A DNA stretch of 64,000 nt from Lingula anatina. Taxonomy: Eukaryota; Animalia; Brachiopoda. The first letter of the stretch is position 1; each line of letters opens with the position of its first letter. Below, piece by piece: positions 12,150 to 38,745 of this stretch. The stretch spans positions 25,672,848-25,736,847 of the forward strand of contig CM120643.1 of NCBI GenBank assembly GCA_051362555.1. The letters are read 5' to 3'. The notes under the pieces are model-generated. The model saw only the letters and a program-made list of their open reading frames with translations, was not told the origin of the DNA and did not search any database. Position numbers and translations under genes: made by a program.

Positions 12150-12346
12150 CAATTGGTGTCACATGACAGCACCATGACCTAATTGTGGACAAAATGGCGG
12201 AATGTGAAAATGACGTTTGTTTACCAAGAACGTGACTTTGTGATCAGTCTCTGATGTTAGTTAGAATATTATCTCTAAGCTAATTATGATTTATACTATG
12301 AAGTAAGGGATACCAAGGCAAAAAACAAGTAAGGAGAAGATAAGCC
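12150..12346 (+). promoter_or_regulatory. Putative promoter/5'UTR of the Rab gene
   Basis: Reverse CCAAT (attgg, 12152), GTCACATGAC M-box/CLEAR-like motif (12158-12167) and YY1-type CAAAATGGCGG (12190-12200), all upstream of ATG 12347. Confidence 0.45.
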
Positions 12347-14679
12347 ATGTATGAAGTAACATCAGTAAAAGAAGTGAAAGTGTGTTTACTGGGGGTAAGT
12401 TTTTCACGTTTTCAGTATCAAATAATCGATCAATGAGTCCGAAATTAAGCTGGGAAATTACTGATTTTACATCGTGCCTGAAAAGTATTATAATAGGTGC
12501 ACAGTTTCGACGTTTGTAATGACAAGGATGATTAATGCGTCTGTATTCAGCAAAAAGCATCATTTGGCGTTAAGGTCGCTTTATAAAGTTTACATACAGT
12601 ATATGTACATGTAGTGCTATGCACCTGTATCTGTACTGGTAGTTTTGTTCCTATTACATGCAGTGGTGAATATAATAACGAAAGGGAAGGCAAGTCAGGT
12701 CAAAAATTAGGCTTGTGGGTAACAGTTGCCCTGTCCATGTATTTATTGGTATTGTCTTTAATGTATGGCTCATTTATACAGTAGTTGATTTCCCAGTACC
12801 CGGTAGTTATTAAATATGCTTTTACTTCCTTGGGGTGGTCTTCATTAACGTTTTATCTACTGAAGAAATGGGTCAGTATTTTTGTGAATTCTTCTGCATG
12901 TATGTGTATGTGGAAATATACCAGGCCTTCCCAACTACCAGACTCGGCACCTACGGGTCCAGAATAAACCGGTATATCTGACCACACTACCCGTTTTCAA
13001 GGTGTGTGTCAGATCGCATAAAAGAGTATCATACCCTATCACAAATTCTGTAAGCCTACCTGTCATCCGGGTATCGCGCCTCGTTTGCGTCAAGTAGGAG
13101 TCGTATGAATACAACAGACGAATCCCTCAATCAGGGGGTGGAAACGCGCGACTTATATGATTAAGACGAGCCTAGCCATCAGTACAGGTTATTGTTTTGT
13201 GACCTTGAGGAGCAATTAGGTTTGGTCGTTGCGGCACGCATGAACAGTAGTTGAACTACCACACCTCGGTCTTTTGTTTTTGACAACTGTTCACTCGTCA
13301 TCGAGGCGCTTGTTCAAGACTACAGGCTGATATCTACTAGTACTACCAGTGGCTTCATTAGTAACGTTCCCACAATACTTAAGTTTTCTGTCCGTGCGTA
13401 CAAACCCTGAAAAAGGACAGCCTCGCTGACGAGAACAATGGACGTTTCTCACCCCTCTCTAGGATTACCCCTGCCCTCAATCTCGTCCATCCCGGTAGTC
13501 ATGAAAATATTTAACCCCCGACAGAATATGCTTCCGCTATCAAAATTAGGTCTACTTTTCTAAATTAATATATATAAGTTTGCAAGTTCTTATTTACAAA
13601 ACATCATTGGCTATGTCCGAACCTAAATTTTATGTTAAAAATTGCGGTACTGTCAGATTTTAGCATAAACAGAAAATTGCAGCAGCGCATGAATCTAGAT
13701 GAGATGCACTACTTTCCAACCCCGCTTAGGATCATTGCTATCACATCGCGCACCAGGCAAAATCGGTGTTGTGGCTGATACTTTGTAATGCGATCTGACA
13801 CACACCTTGAAAACGGGTAGTGTGGTCTGATAAACCGGTTTATACTGGACCCGTAGGTGCCGAGTCTGGTAGTTGGGAAGGCCTGTATACAGGTGTTAAC
13901 ACTGTCTTAGACTGACTTATTATTGCCATCAGATATTAAATCATGCTCTTACAGACCTAGCTGTTGCTAATTAATACACAACATGGTTGTTCTTGAGGGT
14001 CTGCGAGAGTTACATACTGTAATATACATGTAGAAGTTAATCCTGCTGATATGTTGACTATTGTAGAACATCAAAGTTAGTGTTATAGTATACAATGTAC
14101 TTGGACCTCAAAAGAGGGAACTTTGGGGTCATATGTTATACTGTGTATGCAAAGTATGGAGCATGAGTAGATGTTACCTATACCTCTGTGATGACTGTTG
14201 TTATGTCTGTCTTATACCACAGCAGAGGTCAGGGACAAACCACCCAGATGTCGTGTAACTGCCATTCATGCATCATGTTTGGATTTTTTCTTCTCAACAA
14301 CTACCATGGTGCAAATATATGTGACTGATCAGTCTGTGCGTGTGTGTCTGCATGTGTGTGTGCATGTGATGGTGGGGGGTGAGGTTGGTCATGAGTTACA
14401 CCACGTCAGTGGACCCAACTGTGGGACCTATGTCCTGTATACTGGTACATACTCTGGCATGTCCCAATATGTGTTGGTCCTTCTCTCATATATTTTACCA
14501 TGTGTGTGTGTGTGCCCTCCAGTCATGCTGTACAGAACCATATACCTGGCCCTGCTCTGGGCCCTCTGGACCATATGGTAGACTGTGTATATAAATGACC
14601 ATAAGTACTGGTGTTTGCATATAACCTAATTCTGCCTACTTCTTTTGCAACAATGCTCCTTATACATTTATAGCTTGAA

Positions 14680-14713
<34 letters not shown>

Positions 14714-17700
14714 ACTAGATTTGTTTTCAGCATATGGCTTGTTGTTAAAATTCATTTTGCTTTACAGGAGTCTGGGGTAGGAAAATCTAGCATTGTGTTG
14801 AGATTTGTATCTGATACCTTCAAACAAGGCCTAGAAATGACTATAGGGTAAGTGGATCATAATGATTTACTGAAGATGCGTTAAGATAGGGATGGGGCGT
14901 GTTGTGCCGAAAGCAATTTACTGAGTGTATGCATATAAATCACAATTTCCTGTTCTTGTTTTTATATTGGTTATTGTAGTTTCTCTAATGTATGTGCAAT
15001 ATATGAGTTTTTTATTTTTTATTTATTTGTTTTAAATTTATTTTGTAAAGTCAACTTTGTAACAGTTGGCTATTGGCTAACATTTATCAATTAGGTAAAA
15101 TAAAAAAAGATTATGCTGCTATTTCCTTGAGTTAGAGAAAAAGGGTGGGATGGGAGTTTGAATACATTTGTTTGACAAGTGTTTTTTTCCTAAATTTACA
15201 TATATTCGATTTTTCGTATACAGTCAGGGGCCCATTTTGTGAAGTTCTTTTAAGTTAAATTAACTAACGAGAGGCTAACGATCAATTGCTAACTAACGAG
15301 AGCTTCGTGAAATGGGCCCCAGGATATTTTGAATTCTTTCATGAGTTGAAATGATTAACATTAATCAGTCTACATTTTCCCCTAGGGCCTCCTTCATGAC
15401 CAAGACTCTGGTGGTTGACCAGCAGACAGTCAAGTTCCAGATCTGGGACACGGCAGGACAGGAGAGGGTAAAAACTTGCATGTCATAAGTTTAAACATTT
15501 GTTTTCCATCTTGTAGCTTAATTTGTAAATTTTCAGACTTCAGCTAATAAGCAGCCATGAAAATATTGAAAATGTGATTACTAAATGCCTATCTGTGATC
15601 TTGGGTCAGCAAAACAATTAGATCATTTCAGTCAGATCATAAAATGTAAGGTGAAATTTATTTAGGATTAATGAATAATTAATAAGATAAGATAAACATA
15701 TTTTAGCTTATGGCAAAACTCTGTACTTGCTGTTGCTACATGGTATGGTGTCAGACTGTGACACAACTTCTGGAACACAATTTATATGTCTTAGCTCAAT
15801 TTTTACCCATGTTTTTTCTTAAGTATGAAAGTAAAAACCCAGTATTTTTTCTCTTTCAACCAGTACCGAGCACTAGCTCCTATGTACTACAGAGGTGCAT
15901 CTGCAGCCATTGTTGTGTATGATGTCACCAAGAGGGTAGGTATTACAGCTAGACTGGGTTAGAAGTAAGCCTAGACTGGGTTATGGGTGTACCTAGACTG
16001 GGTTATGAGTGTACCTAGACTGGGTTATGAGTGTACCTAGACTGGGTTATGGTATGCCTAGACTGGGTTATGGTATGCCTAGACTGGGTTATGGTATGCC
16101 TAGACTGGGTTATAGTATGCCTAGACTGGGTTATGGTATACCTAGACTGGGTTATGAGTATACCTAGACTGGGTTATAGATATATACCTAGACTGGGTTA
16201 TGGGTACAACTAGACTGGGTTATGGATATATACATGTACCTAGACTGGGTTATAGATATATACCTAGACTGGGTTATGGATATATACGGTAAAGTCTTGA
16301 AAATTTCGTCGCTTAAAAATTAATTAATATTTTTAATTGTGTAAATCCGACTAATTTTTCAAAATTACCTCTCCCCGACTCCTGGGTATGACGAAATTTT
16401 CAAAAATCCGGCCTTTGGGCTTTTATCCTTAGCGGCTGTTATCTTTGATCCTCATATATTGCGGGATATTTATTACTACTTCCTAAGTCGTTTTCTGGTG
16501 GTAAATAATAATCTATTTATTACTGCATCTCGATTAAGTTATATTTGACTTACTGTACCCGGTAAGAAACATACCTCCTGATAGAGGAAAAGGATCAAGA
16601 TAAGCCTAATTGCCTCCTTGCACATAACCTGGATTTTAAAAAAATACGCAGTTGGCAACGTTTGTTGCAGGTAGGACTTTTCCCAGGATTGAGTGTTAGG
16701 CCTTCTAAAATTATCATCTGTAACTTCCTAAAAAATTACAGGGAGTTAAAATAATTGATCCCGCTGACGATCTTCCGCAATTTAAGTTCCTTGAACTAAT
16801 ATGAAAACTGCATTTTATTATTGCTTACATCGCGAACGATCTCCCGATGATGATATGAAAATTGGCTTTTCGTCCCGCTCGGATCGCGAACGATCTCCCT
16901 CTGACGATCTTACGCGAACAAAGTCCTGCCGATATTACGCAAACGATTCTTCGCCGAAGATACATGTATGCCGTGAGCGGGGAAGGGGAGTTAAAGATAA
17001 AATTTAAAATATATATTATTTATAATATTCAAAGGGGGAGGGGGGTTAAATAATGATCTCCCGCTGTCGATCGTTCGCAAACTAAGTTCCTTGAACTAAT
17101 ATGAAAACTGCATTTTATTATTGCTTACATCGCGAACAATCTCCCGACGTGAAAAATGTCTTTACGTCAAGCTAGGATCGCGAACGATCTCCCTCTGATA
17201 TGATCTTACGCGAACAAAGTCCTGAGGATATTACGCGAACGATTCTCCGCCGAAGATATATCGTGAGCGGGTGAGGGGCTGATTAAAGATAAAATGAAAA
17301 TGTTTTTAAATCAAAGTGTGTGTGTGTGTGTGTGTTTTGGGGGGGGGGGGGGGGGGGGTAAATAATGATCTCCCGCTGACGATCTTCCGCGAACGAAGTT
17401 CCCTAAATCCCTTGAAAAAACATAAAAATTGCATTTCATTCTTGCTTACATCGCAAACGATCTGGCGATGATCATCTTACACGAACGATTCTCCGCCGAA
17501 GATATGCCGTGAGCGGGGAAGGGGGGGTTAAAGATAAAATGAAAAATTTATATTATTTATAAAATTCAAAGGGAGGGGTTAGAATAATGATCTCCCGCTG
17601 ACGATCTTTTGTTCCTTGAGCTAATTTGAAAATTGCATTTCATTCTTGCTAACATCGCGAACGATCTCCCGATGATGAAATGAAAATTGCCTTTTCGTCG

Positions 17701-18838
17701 AGCTCGGATCCCGAACGATCTCCCTCTGACGATCTAACGCGAACTATTTTCCGCTGAATATATGCCGTGAGCGGGAGAAGGGGGGGGGGGGTTAAAGATA
17801 AAATGAAAAATATATGCTATTTATAAAATTTAAAGGGGGAGGGGGGTTAAAATAATGATCTCCTGCTGACGATCTTTCACGAACGAAGTTCCCTTGAACT
17901 AATATGAAAAGTGCATTTTATTCTCGCTTACATCGCGAACGATCTCCCGGTGAAGATATGAAGATTGCCTTTTCGTCTCTCTCGAATCGCAAACGATCTT
18001 CCGCTGATGATCTTACGCGAACGGAGTCCGCTACAAATATGAAAATTATCTTCTCATCTCGTTTGGATCACGAACGATCTGTTGACGATATTACGCACAA
18101 GATTCTCCGCTGAAGATATGAAAATTGCCATCTTGTCCCATTCGCATTGCGAACGATCTCCATGTACGAGCCAGGTAATCGTAAAATGGTCCTAAATTGA
18201 ACATGGACATGAATAGAAGTGACGGGTACATTTCCCTTCGAGATAATATCTTGATTTTTTCATAGTGTCTTCCTTATTTAGGACAGCCGCCGATAACAAT
18301 AACGGCGTTACGAATGACAAAGCCGCGGCCTGTGACTTCTATTTGCCGGCTTGATAACGCACCTTGAGCCAGGTAATAGAAATGAGACAAAAGGCCGACG
18401 TTCCCGCAATTAAGAACGGGAATTCACATCTTAACCACCTATATTGTGAGTAACCGCTCGCAGGGGCGCACTATTGTTCCTATCTCCCATTGAGAGTGTT
18501 ATCGGCAATGATATCCTGATCGTATCATTGTCTTGAATCAACTGACGCATTACCTTCATGTTTGAGCTGGACAACGCGGCCATATTTGGCGACGAACTTT
18601 TCAAAAATTATAGAGTACCTCATTTTCAAGGTCGACGAAGTTTTCAAAGGGAAAAAAATTACCTCGGCGGAAAATCGTCTGCCGACGAAATTTTCAAGAA
18701 CGACGAAATTTTCAAGACTTTACCGTACATGTACCTAGACTGGGTTAAGAAGATCTGCAAGAAGACTGTCATAGTCATGTTAGAAATTGTTGTAATACTG
18801 TTAAATGGTTGACTAAATGTTTCAATTAACTTAAATTG

Positions 18839-18893
<55 letters not shown>

Positions 18894-21387
18894 AAACCAT
18901 CTGTTTGGTCCAGGACACGTTTGATGCGGTCAAGGGTTGGGTACGAGAACTGGCCAACTACGGACCTAAGGACATCATCATAGCACTGGCTGGTAATAAA
19001 AGTGACTTGGAGGATCTTAGAGAGGTCACCAAGAAAGGTAGGGTTCAGTTGCTGTCCCAGCTTCTTGTTCAGCTACTCAGATTATAACTGGATCAACAGT
19101 AAGAAAAACAATTATGTACATACCTGCTATTATTCCAGAATGATTGTGATGCTTTTCTTTGAGATCTAACTTGTGTTTTGGGGTTTTTGAAATAAATGAG
19201 TCACAGTGATATTAATTGACATTAAATTAGTATCTTTCCCTTGACCAAATGACATTCATATGCAATGACAAGTTTCTCGACACTCAATATTCAGGTTATA
19301 TATTACCTTTATTAACAGCCTGACTATTCATAATCTGGTTGAAAAATGATTTTATGTTAAACTGGTTGTCATATTATTATCGTATGATTTTCGTAGACAT
19401 TATTTGTCTTTAAAAAAGTGGACATTTTGCTGATAACATCACATCATGGTTTCATGGCATTTCTTATTATCTGGTCTGGTACTTGTCGCATCAGAAAATT
19501 TCTAATGGAAAAGAGGAATTTAATGTGTATGAGTGATAAACAGATGTGCAACCGATTTTCTTAAAGGCACTGTTTTGATTTCATCTGTAATTACATTAGA
19601 TTAGACCAATTTTCATTCAACCTTCATCAACAAGACTGTCTGATATCTGTTTGAAAGAAGTTTTCGAAGATTTATGGCACCAGATTGTTTTTTCTGCAGC
19701 GGTTAGTGACCAAACCGATTGCTATCGGCACCCAATGAGAAGTATTTAGGCGTGGTTGAAAATTGCTTCCAGGTACTTCAACAGTAGAATTGGCACCTTA
19801 GCACAATGACAGCCCCACCTGTTATTGATATGTTGACCAGCATAGCCCCCTAGGATATGCCAAACACGTGAATAACAAAATAAAAGAAAGGATTCAGTAG
19901 GTGGATATGGGGGGATTGTAGCCGCCCTTTCTTCAAAAACAAAATCTTTCTTTCAGCTCCCATTTTTCACCATACTGGTAGGAAGGATTGATTTAAGTAA
20001 ACATAAATAAAGTCCCTGTCTGAAATAAAGCCCCCCCCCCCCCCAAAAAAAAAATTAATTAATTAATTAATTAATAATAATAATAACAAATAAAAAAGAA
20101 GAGAAACTTAGTTGTGAGAGTTTAGACATAATTAAAGCATACTGCTAGACATCCATGTAGATAGACATAGTCAATTGATGCTTATACTGCTACTGAAAGT
20201 GATAGTTAATGACATGCCTCTTTTTCTTATCTTTTGTTTTCCCTCCCCAGAGGCAGCGCAGTATGCTGAGCAGATTCAGGCCATATTTATTGAGACCAGT
20301 GCTAAAAATGACAGTGGAATCAAGGAGCTATTCACTAGAATAAGTAGGTGTCCAGAGAGGCTTGGTATTTAATGCAAATGTGTGAAAGATCATAGATTAA
20401 TGCTACTATTACACTCTTTTTAAATGTTACCTTTTTCAAAGGGAGCAAGGGTTAGTCTGCTAATGTCTCATTCTCAATGAATCTATGTAGATAGAGCAAA
20501 CTAGGTGGGGACTCTTGCTGAATGCAGTCAGATGAACAGATTAGCACGCCTCCTATTGGCAGAAAAGCTGGTGATCATACGAGCATGATGAAAACAAGAG
20601 GAGGCTTACGGCATATTAATCTGTTTAATTGATTGCATTAGCGAGACTTCCTGGGGGTTGGATCAATCTGAGTTCCTGGGGGTTGGATCAATCTGAGTTC
20701 CTGGGAGTTGGATCAATCTACATAGAACAACAGTCATATGGAATTAACCCTAAGACTGCCTTGGCAATATGACTCAACATTTTAATTAAAACTAGTGATT
20801 TTGTAAATATAAAAGTAAGTTTTGTGAAGTTAACTGAGACAAATAGTTGCGATGATACATAATTCTATATGGAACAATTAAATTGGTTTGTCATGAAATG
20901 AGAATGCACAGTGCGCATGCGCATCAGTCACTCGTGCCTCTTCCACCCTCCCTAATTACGTAACTTATATGATAATATATACCAATGCAGGCTAGGGAAT
21001 GAAGTTTGATATAAACTTCTGAAGAAATCATGCTAAAATGCTTTAAAACCTGATGCGCATGCGCACTGTGCATTCTCATTTCATCTCCTCACCTATAATT
21101 GTCTCATAGAATTACAATCAAACATCAACTTACAGGTAAGTTTCCTTTAATTTTTTAATTATTTTTAAACAGTTAGATTTTTATAGCCCAGTAGAATAAT
21201 GAAATATTTATGAGGGTAAATTGTTCTTAAAGTTGTCTTGGGCTCATGCTGGACAGATCCATATTGTCAAAATGGTTTCCATTCAGTTTCTAGACTGCCT
21301 GCAGACTTCTCAGGAAAGCCAAAAGATGGCCACCAGAATGCAAAGAAACTACATGAAAAAGAGGAGAAGAAAGGAAAATGTTGCTGA
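12347..21387 (+). CDS. RAB22: Rab22/Rab31-family small GTPase, 199 aa, 7 exons
   Basis: Exons 12347-12394, 14768-14847, 15386-15467, 15864-15935, 18914-19037, 20251-20343, 21287-21387 total 600 nt with consistent phases and GT-AG introns. Motifs: [56 protein letters not shown] and a C-terminal CC prenylation motif. KVCLLG and IGASF are Rab22/31 hallmarks. Confidence 0.92.
12922..13885. mobile_element. Non-autonomous DNA transposon, family B, long copy (~105-bp TIRs, 5-bp TSD), in Rab intron 1
   Basis: caggccttcccaactaccagactcggcacc...ggtgccgagtctggtagttgggaaggcctg, flanked by TATAC on both sides (12917-12921 and 13886-13890). Confidence 0.9.
15228..15319. mobile_element. Small Harbinger-like MITE
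   Basis: TIRs gggcccattt...aaatgggccc with 3-bp TSD CAG. Confidence 0.65.
15949..16286. repeat. Minisatellite with core cctagactgggttat, 21-29-bp units, about 15 copies plus one more at ~18734
   Basis: Directly visible tandem array starting 14 nt after the Rab exon-4 donor and split by the 16287-18725 insertion. Confidence 0.95.
16287..18725. mobile_element. Non-autonomous Tc1/mariner(pogo)-type element, 2.4 kb, with internal tandem repeats
   Basis: Perfect 25-bp TIRs cggtaaagtcttgaaaatttcgtcg and a TA TSD; the empty site is seen in the minisatellite unit ggatatatacatgtacc at 16224. Subterminal gacgaa(a/c/g)ttttcaa repeats occur at ~16390, 18591, 18634, 18683 and 18701. Five internal ~220-310-bp units start near 16750, 17049, 17360, 17583 and 17851. 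Confidence 0.9.
18838..18892. repeat. (ATT)n microsatellite
   Basis: About 17 att units just upstream of the Rab exon-5 acceptor. Confidence 0.95.
20511..20719. repeat. Degenerate inverted-repeat element followed by 3 copies of a 25-bp tandem repeat
   Basis: actcttgctgaatgcagtcagatgaacagatta pairs with taatctgtttaattgattgcattagcgagact; ttcctgggggttggatcaatctgag then occurs three times (20648-20719). Confidence 0.55.
20893..21084. repeat. Perfect 35-bp inverted repeat (foldback or MITE core) in Rab intron 6
   Basis: atgaaatgagaatgcacagtgcgcatgcgcatcag at 20893-20927 has its exact reverse complement at 21050-21084; weaker pairing extends outwards. Confidence 0.85.
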
Positions 21388-23271
21388 TATTTCTTTATAG
21401 AAAAGATAATTGAAACTGTGTTCATATCTAAGTCAAAAGAATGCTGTGTTATGTAAAATATATAGGAATTATATTAATTGAATAATATCAAGGCAAAAAA
21501 TGATGTGTAGCTGCCAAGTTGAAGGGCATAGGTCTGCTAGGCTGTGCTGCTTGCTATTACCCACACACACACATGGTGGATCCTAGATTTTTTTTGAAAG
21601 TGGAAAATGGATACAAGAGAGGCACAAGGGTAAAAATATTATGCCTCATTTATCTCCACTTGTTTTCATTTGAAAATTTACAGAAAGTATGAGAGGAAGG
21701 GGGGTCTGGATATGCAAACGATACTGCAACATTTTTTCTTAAACATCATCACATAAATTCTGATAAAATTGCATTTGCGAGGCAACTGATGATTTTGACA
21801 AATAGCTGATTGGTATTTAAAAATGGGAAAGTTAGTTGGGTGAATTTGGTATTGTCATATCTAAGTGATATAGCAGTAACAGGTTATTTCTTTAAGATCG
21901 TTTTGAAAATAGTCTTATTTAGTGCAATACCCCAAGTCGCTAGTATTGACACATAATGACCCTTTTTTCTGTGTTCACATCTCGAAAATTCTTTGATGTA
22001 TGAGTCCTGCCTCTTGTGTTCTTCTATTGCATAATTTACCAGTGTATTTTATAAATCATGATCTATTTAGATTGAGATGTAAGTTACAGGATTAAACAGC
22101 TCAGAATGATTAGAAAGGGTTTTAAAAGCCAGAAGTTGGGAATTCTTGGACCGTGATTGGAGATCTTGGACCGTGATTGGTCTGGGATTAAGTTTTATTA
22201 CAGCAGATGTCACATGCTTTAAGTCATGTCACCGACAGAGAAGTGCATAAACATTTTCTCTGCTTAATTTATTTCAACATATCAGTAGAACTGAGGAGTT
22301 TTTATAAATATTTCACATTTACTTTAAACTCTTTCATAATGTAAAGCAACGACTTGGTAAATTAATTTGATGTTTGTTTTTTCTACTTGCATGGGACTTC
22401 TCATTTGTTATATGTCATATAAATTTGAAAAACTATTTAAAAGGTTTTTAAATACTTATATATTGTAGTATTATGAAGGATTTTTTCTATACAAATTAAC
22501 AGAAGTATATTTTTAAAACATTTTAAAATTTGTTTTGTAAGATTTGCTGAGTTTGGAGGAAAAAGTTTTAAAGAAAAGTAAAGTGAAAGGGAATTTTTTT
22601 GATTGATACAAAAAAGAAAAACTCATCGTAACTTGTAATTTTCAATTTTTTCAAATGATGTTTAAATTTTAGTAAAAAACTGAAATACCACAAGGTGACC
22701 AAAAGCTTCATGATGTAAAAGGAAAAAGAGAAGTGCAATTTTTTTATTACCAGAAAATCTGTACTTAACTTTGCTTTTACAGGAGCTGGACTTCTGGGGC
22801 CTTTCGCTTTCTGTACATCAAAGACTTATGAGCATAAAAACACATGATCATGCTTTCGTGGATTTTAATGCAAGTATTCCTGCATATAAGAGGAATAGTT
22901 TCCCCACCACCATTTTTACTTTTTTAGTGGTAGAAGTAAGTTTAGCCTCATTCCCACAACTGCTGCTTTTGATACGTTCATGAAGATTATGCATTAATAA
23001 ATATTAGAACAAAAATAGCAATTGTTCTGGTCTGATTGTTTTGTATTGTAATAGGGGAAAGTTGAGGGGAAAAAAATCAAAGCCAAGAATAAAATATTTA
23101 GTAATCTTTTAGAGAGAGAGAAAAAAACATCAAAGACCATGCATCTTTTAAAGTCATTAAATCTTTAGTCAGAAATACATTTTACTACATCTTCAGTTTG
23201 TAACAACAGTAGCATTATTTTGGCAAAGAATGGATTAATACAATGAAATGATATGGCATATGGAGTTTTAA

Positions 23272-23491
23272 CAACATTCTATTCCCATAGATTTTAGATC
23301 GATCTATCCCCGCGGGGAGTCTCACTAGATTACTTCCAGATAATCCGACTTTAATGTCCGTCCCACCTACTACAAGCTGTAAGAGGGTAATTAACTTTCG
23401 TGTCTGCCCGGCTGACAGCTATTTAGTGTGAACCCCCAGGGAGTTAGGTCGATCTAAAGTAGGTCGATCTAATCTATGGAAATGGGGTGTA
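23272..23491. mobile_element. Degenerate MITE-like inverted repeat
   Basis: attcccatagattttagatcgatcta pairs with taggtcgatctaatctatggaaat. Confidence 0.5.
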
Positions 23492-23743
23492 TGACCCAAC
23501 AGTACTTTACATTCATGCTGAAACAGACAACTTGCATCCAAAGGAAAAAATGAAATAGGACAAACATCATTAATATAATTGTGCTCCAATATCAAGAATC
23601 ATAGTACTGCACATGTACCTCAAGTGAATGAATATATTCCACATAATTCTTTATGTTCTCAATATCAGATGAATTGCTACATAAATAGGAGAATGATATT
23701 ATACACCCTGATCATTTTGGGACCTTGAGGAGAAACAGAACTG

Positions 23744-23883
23744 GGCTCTGTAACTTGAAGGATCGCGAATTACGCTGAGCGCAAGTGTCTCTATTCCATA
23801 ACTCGGCATTTACTAACCTCATATAATAGCCTCGAAAGGTGATATCGCTATTGCAATTTGCAATGATTTTGAGTTACAGAGCC
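23744..23883. mobile_element. Harbinger-like MITE
   Basis: TIRs ggctctgtaact...agttacagagcc with 3-bp TSD CTG. Confidence 0.7.
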
Positions 23884-24345
23884 CTGAACGTCTTCTGCTA
23901 GAAGAACATGCCCCACGTATACTGACCTGGTTTCATACCAAAAATGCTTACTTCTCAACAGTTACTGTAGTTCACTGACATGAATCTTCCTTGCTTAGAC
24001 ATACTTGTTAGATTGATACTAACATTTATTTTGTATGAACTAGAACTTTCACTTGTAAGTTGTAAATTCTTAACAGCATAAAAACTTCCCTGTATGAAAT
24101 CTTTCCATCTTTCGAGAATAACTACTAATACCACAAGTCAAACTGGTTCAGTTTTCTTTCAGACTTTCAGTTTTTCTTCCATATTTTTTGGAACAAGGAG
24201 TTTTCAGATCATAACCAAATGAAGCTTATTTATTTTCTATTGTCATAGCATCATATTCCTCTTTCACCTTTTATAGAGCAAAGACTTCATTATCCAAAAT
24301 AAAAGTATTTGCTTATGGCTCAACTGTTATTATACTAATTTCTTT

Positions 24346-38745
<14,400 letters not shown>

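Noticed and set aside
15949-16286. Short conserved repeats with variable gaps resembling a CRISPR array
   Set aside because: The gaps are only 6-14 nt and related to each other, the array lies in a spliceosomal intron and there are no cas genes; it is a minisatellite.
16801-18812. Short ORFs inside the TA-TSD element as possible transposase remnants
   Set aside because: They translate the internal tandem repeats; no DDE/D or HTH motif is recognisable.
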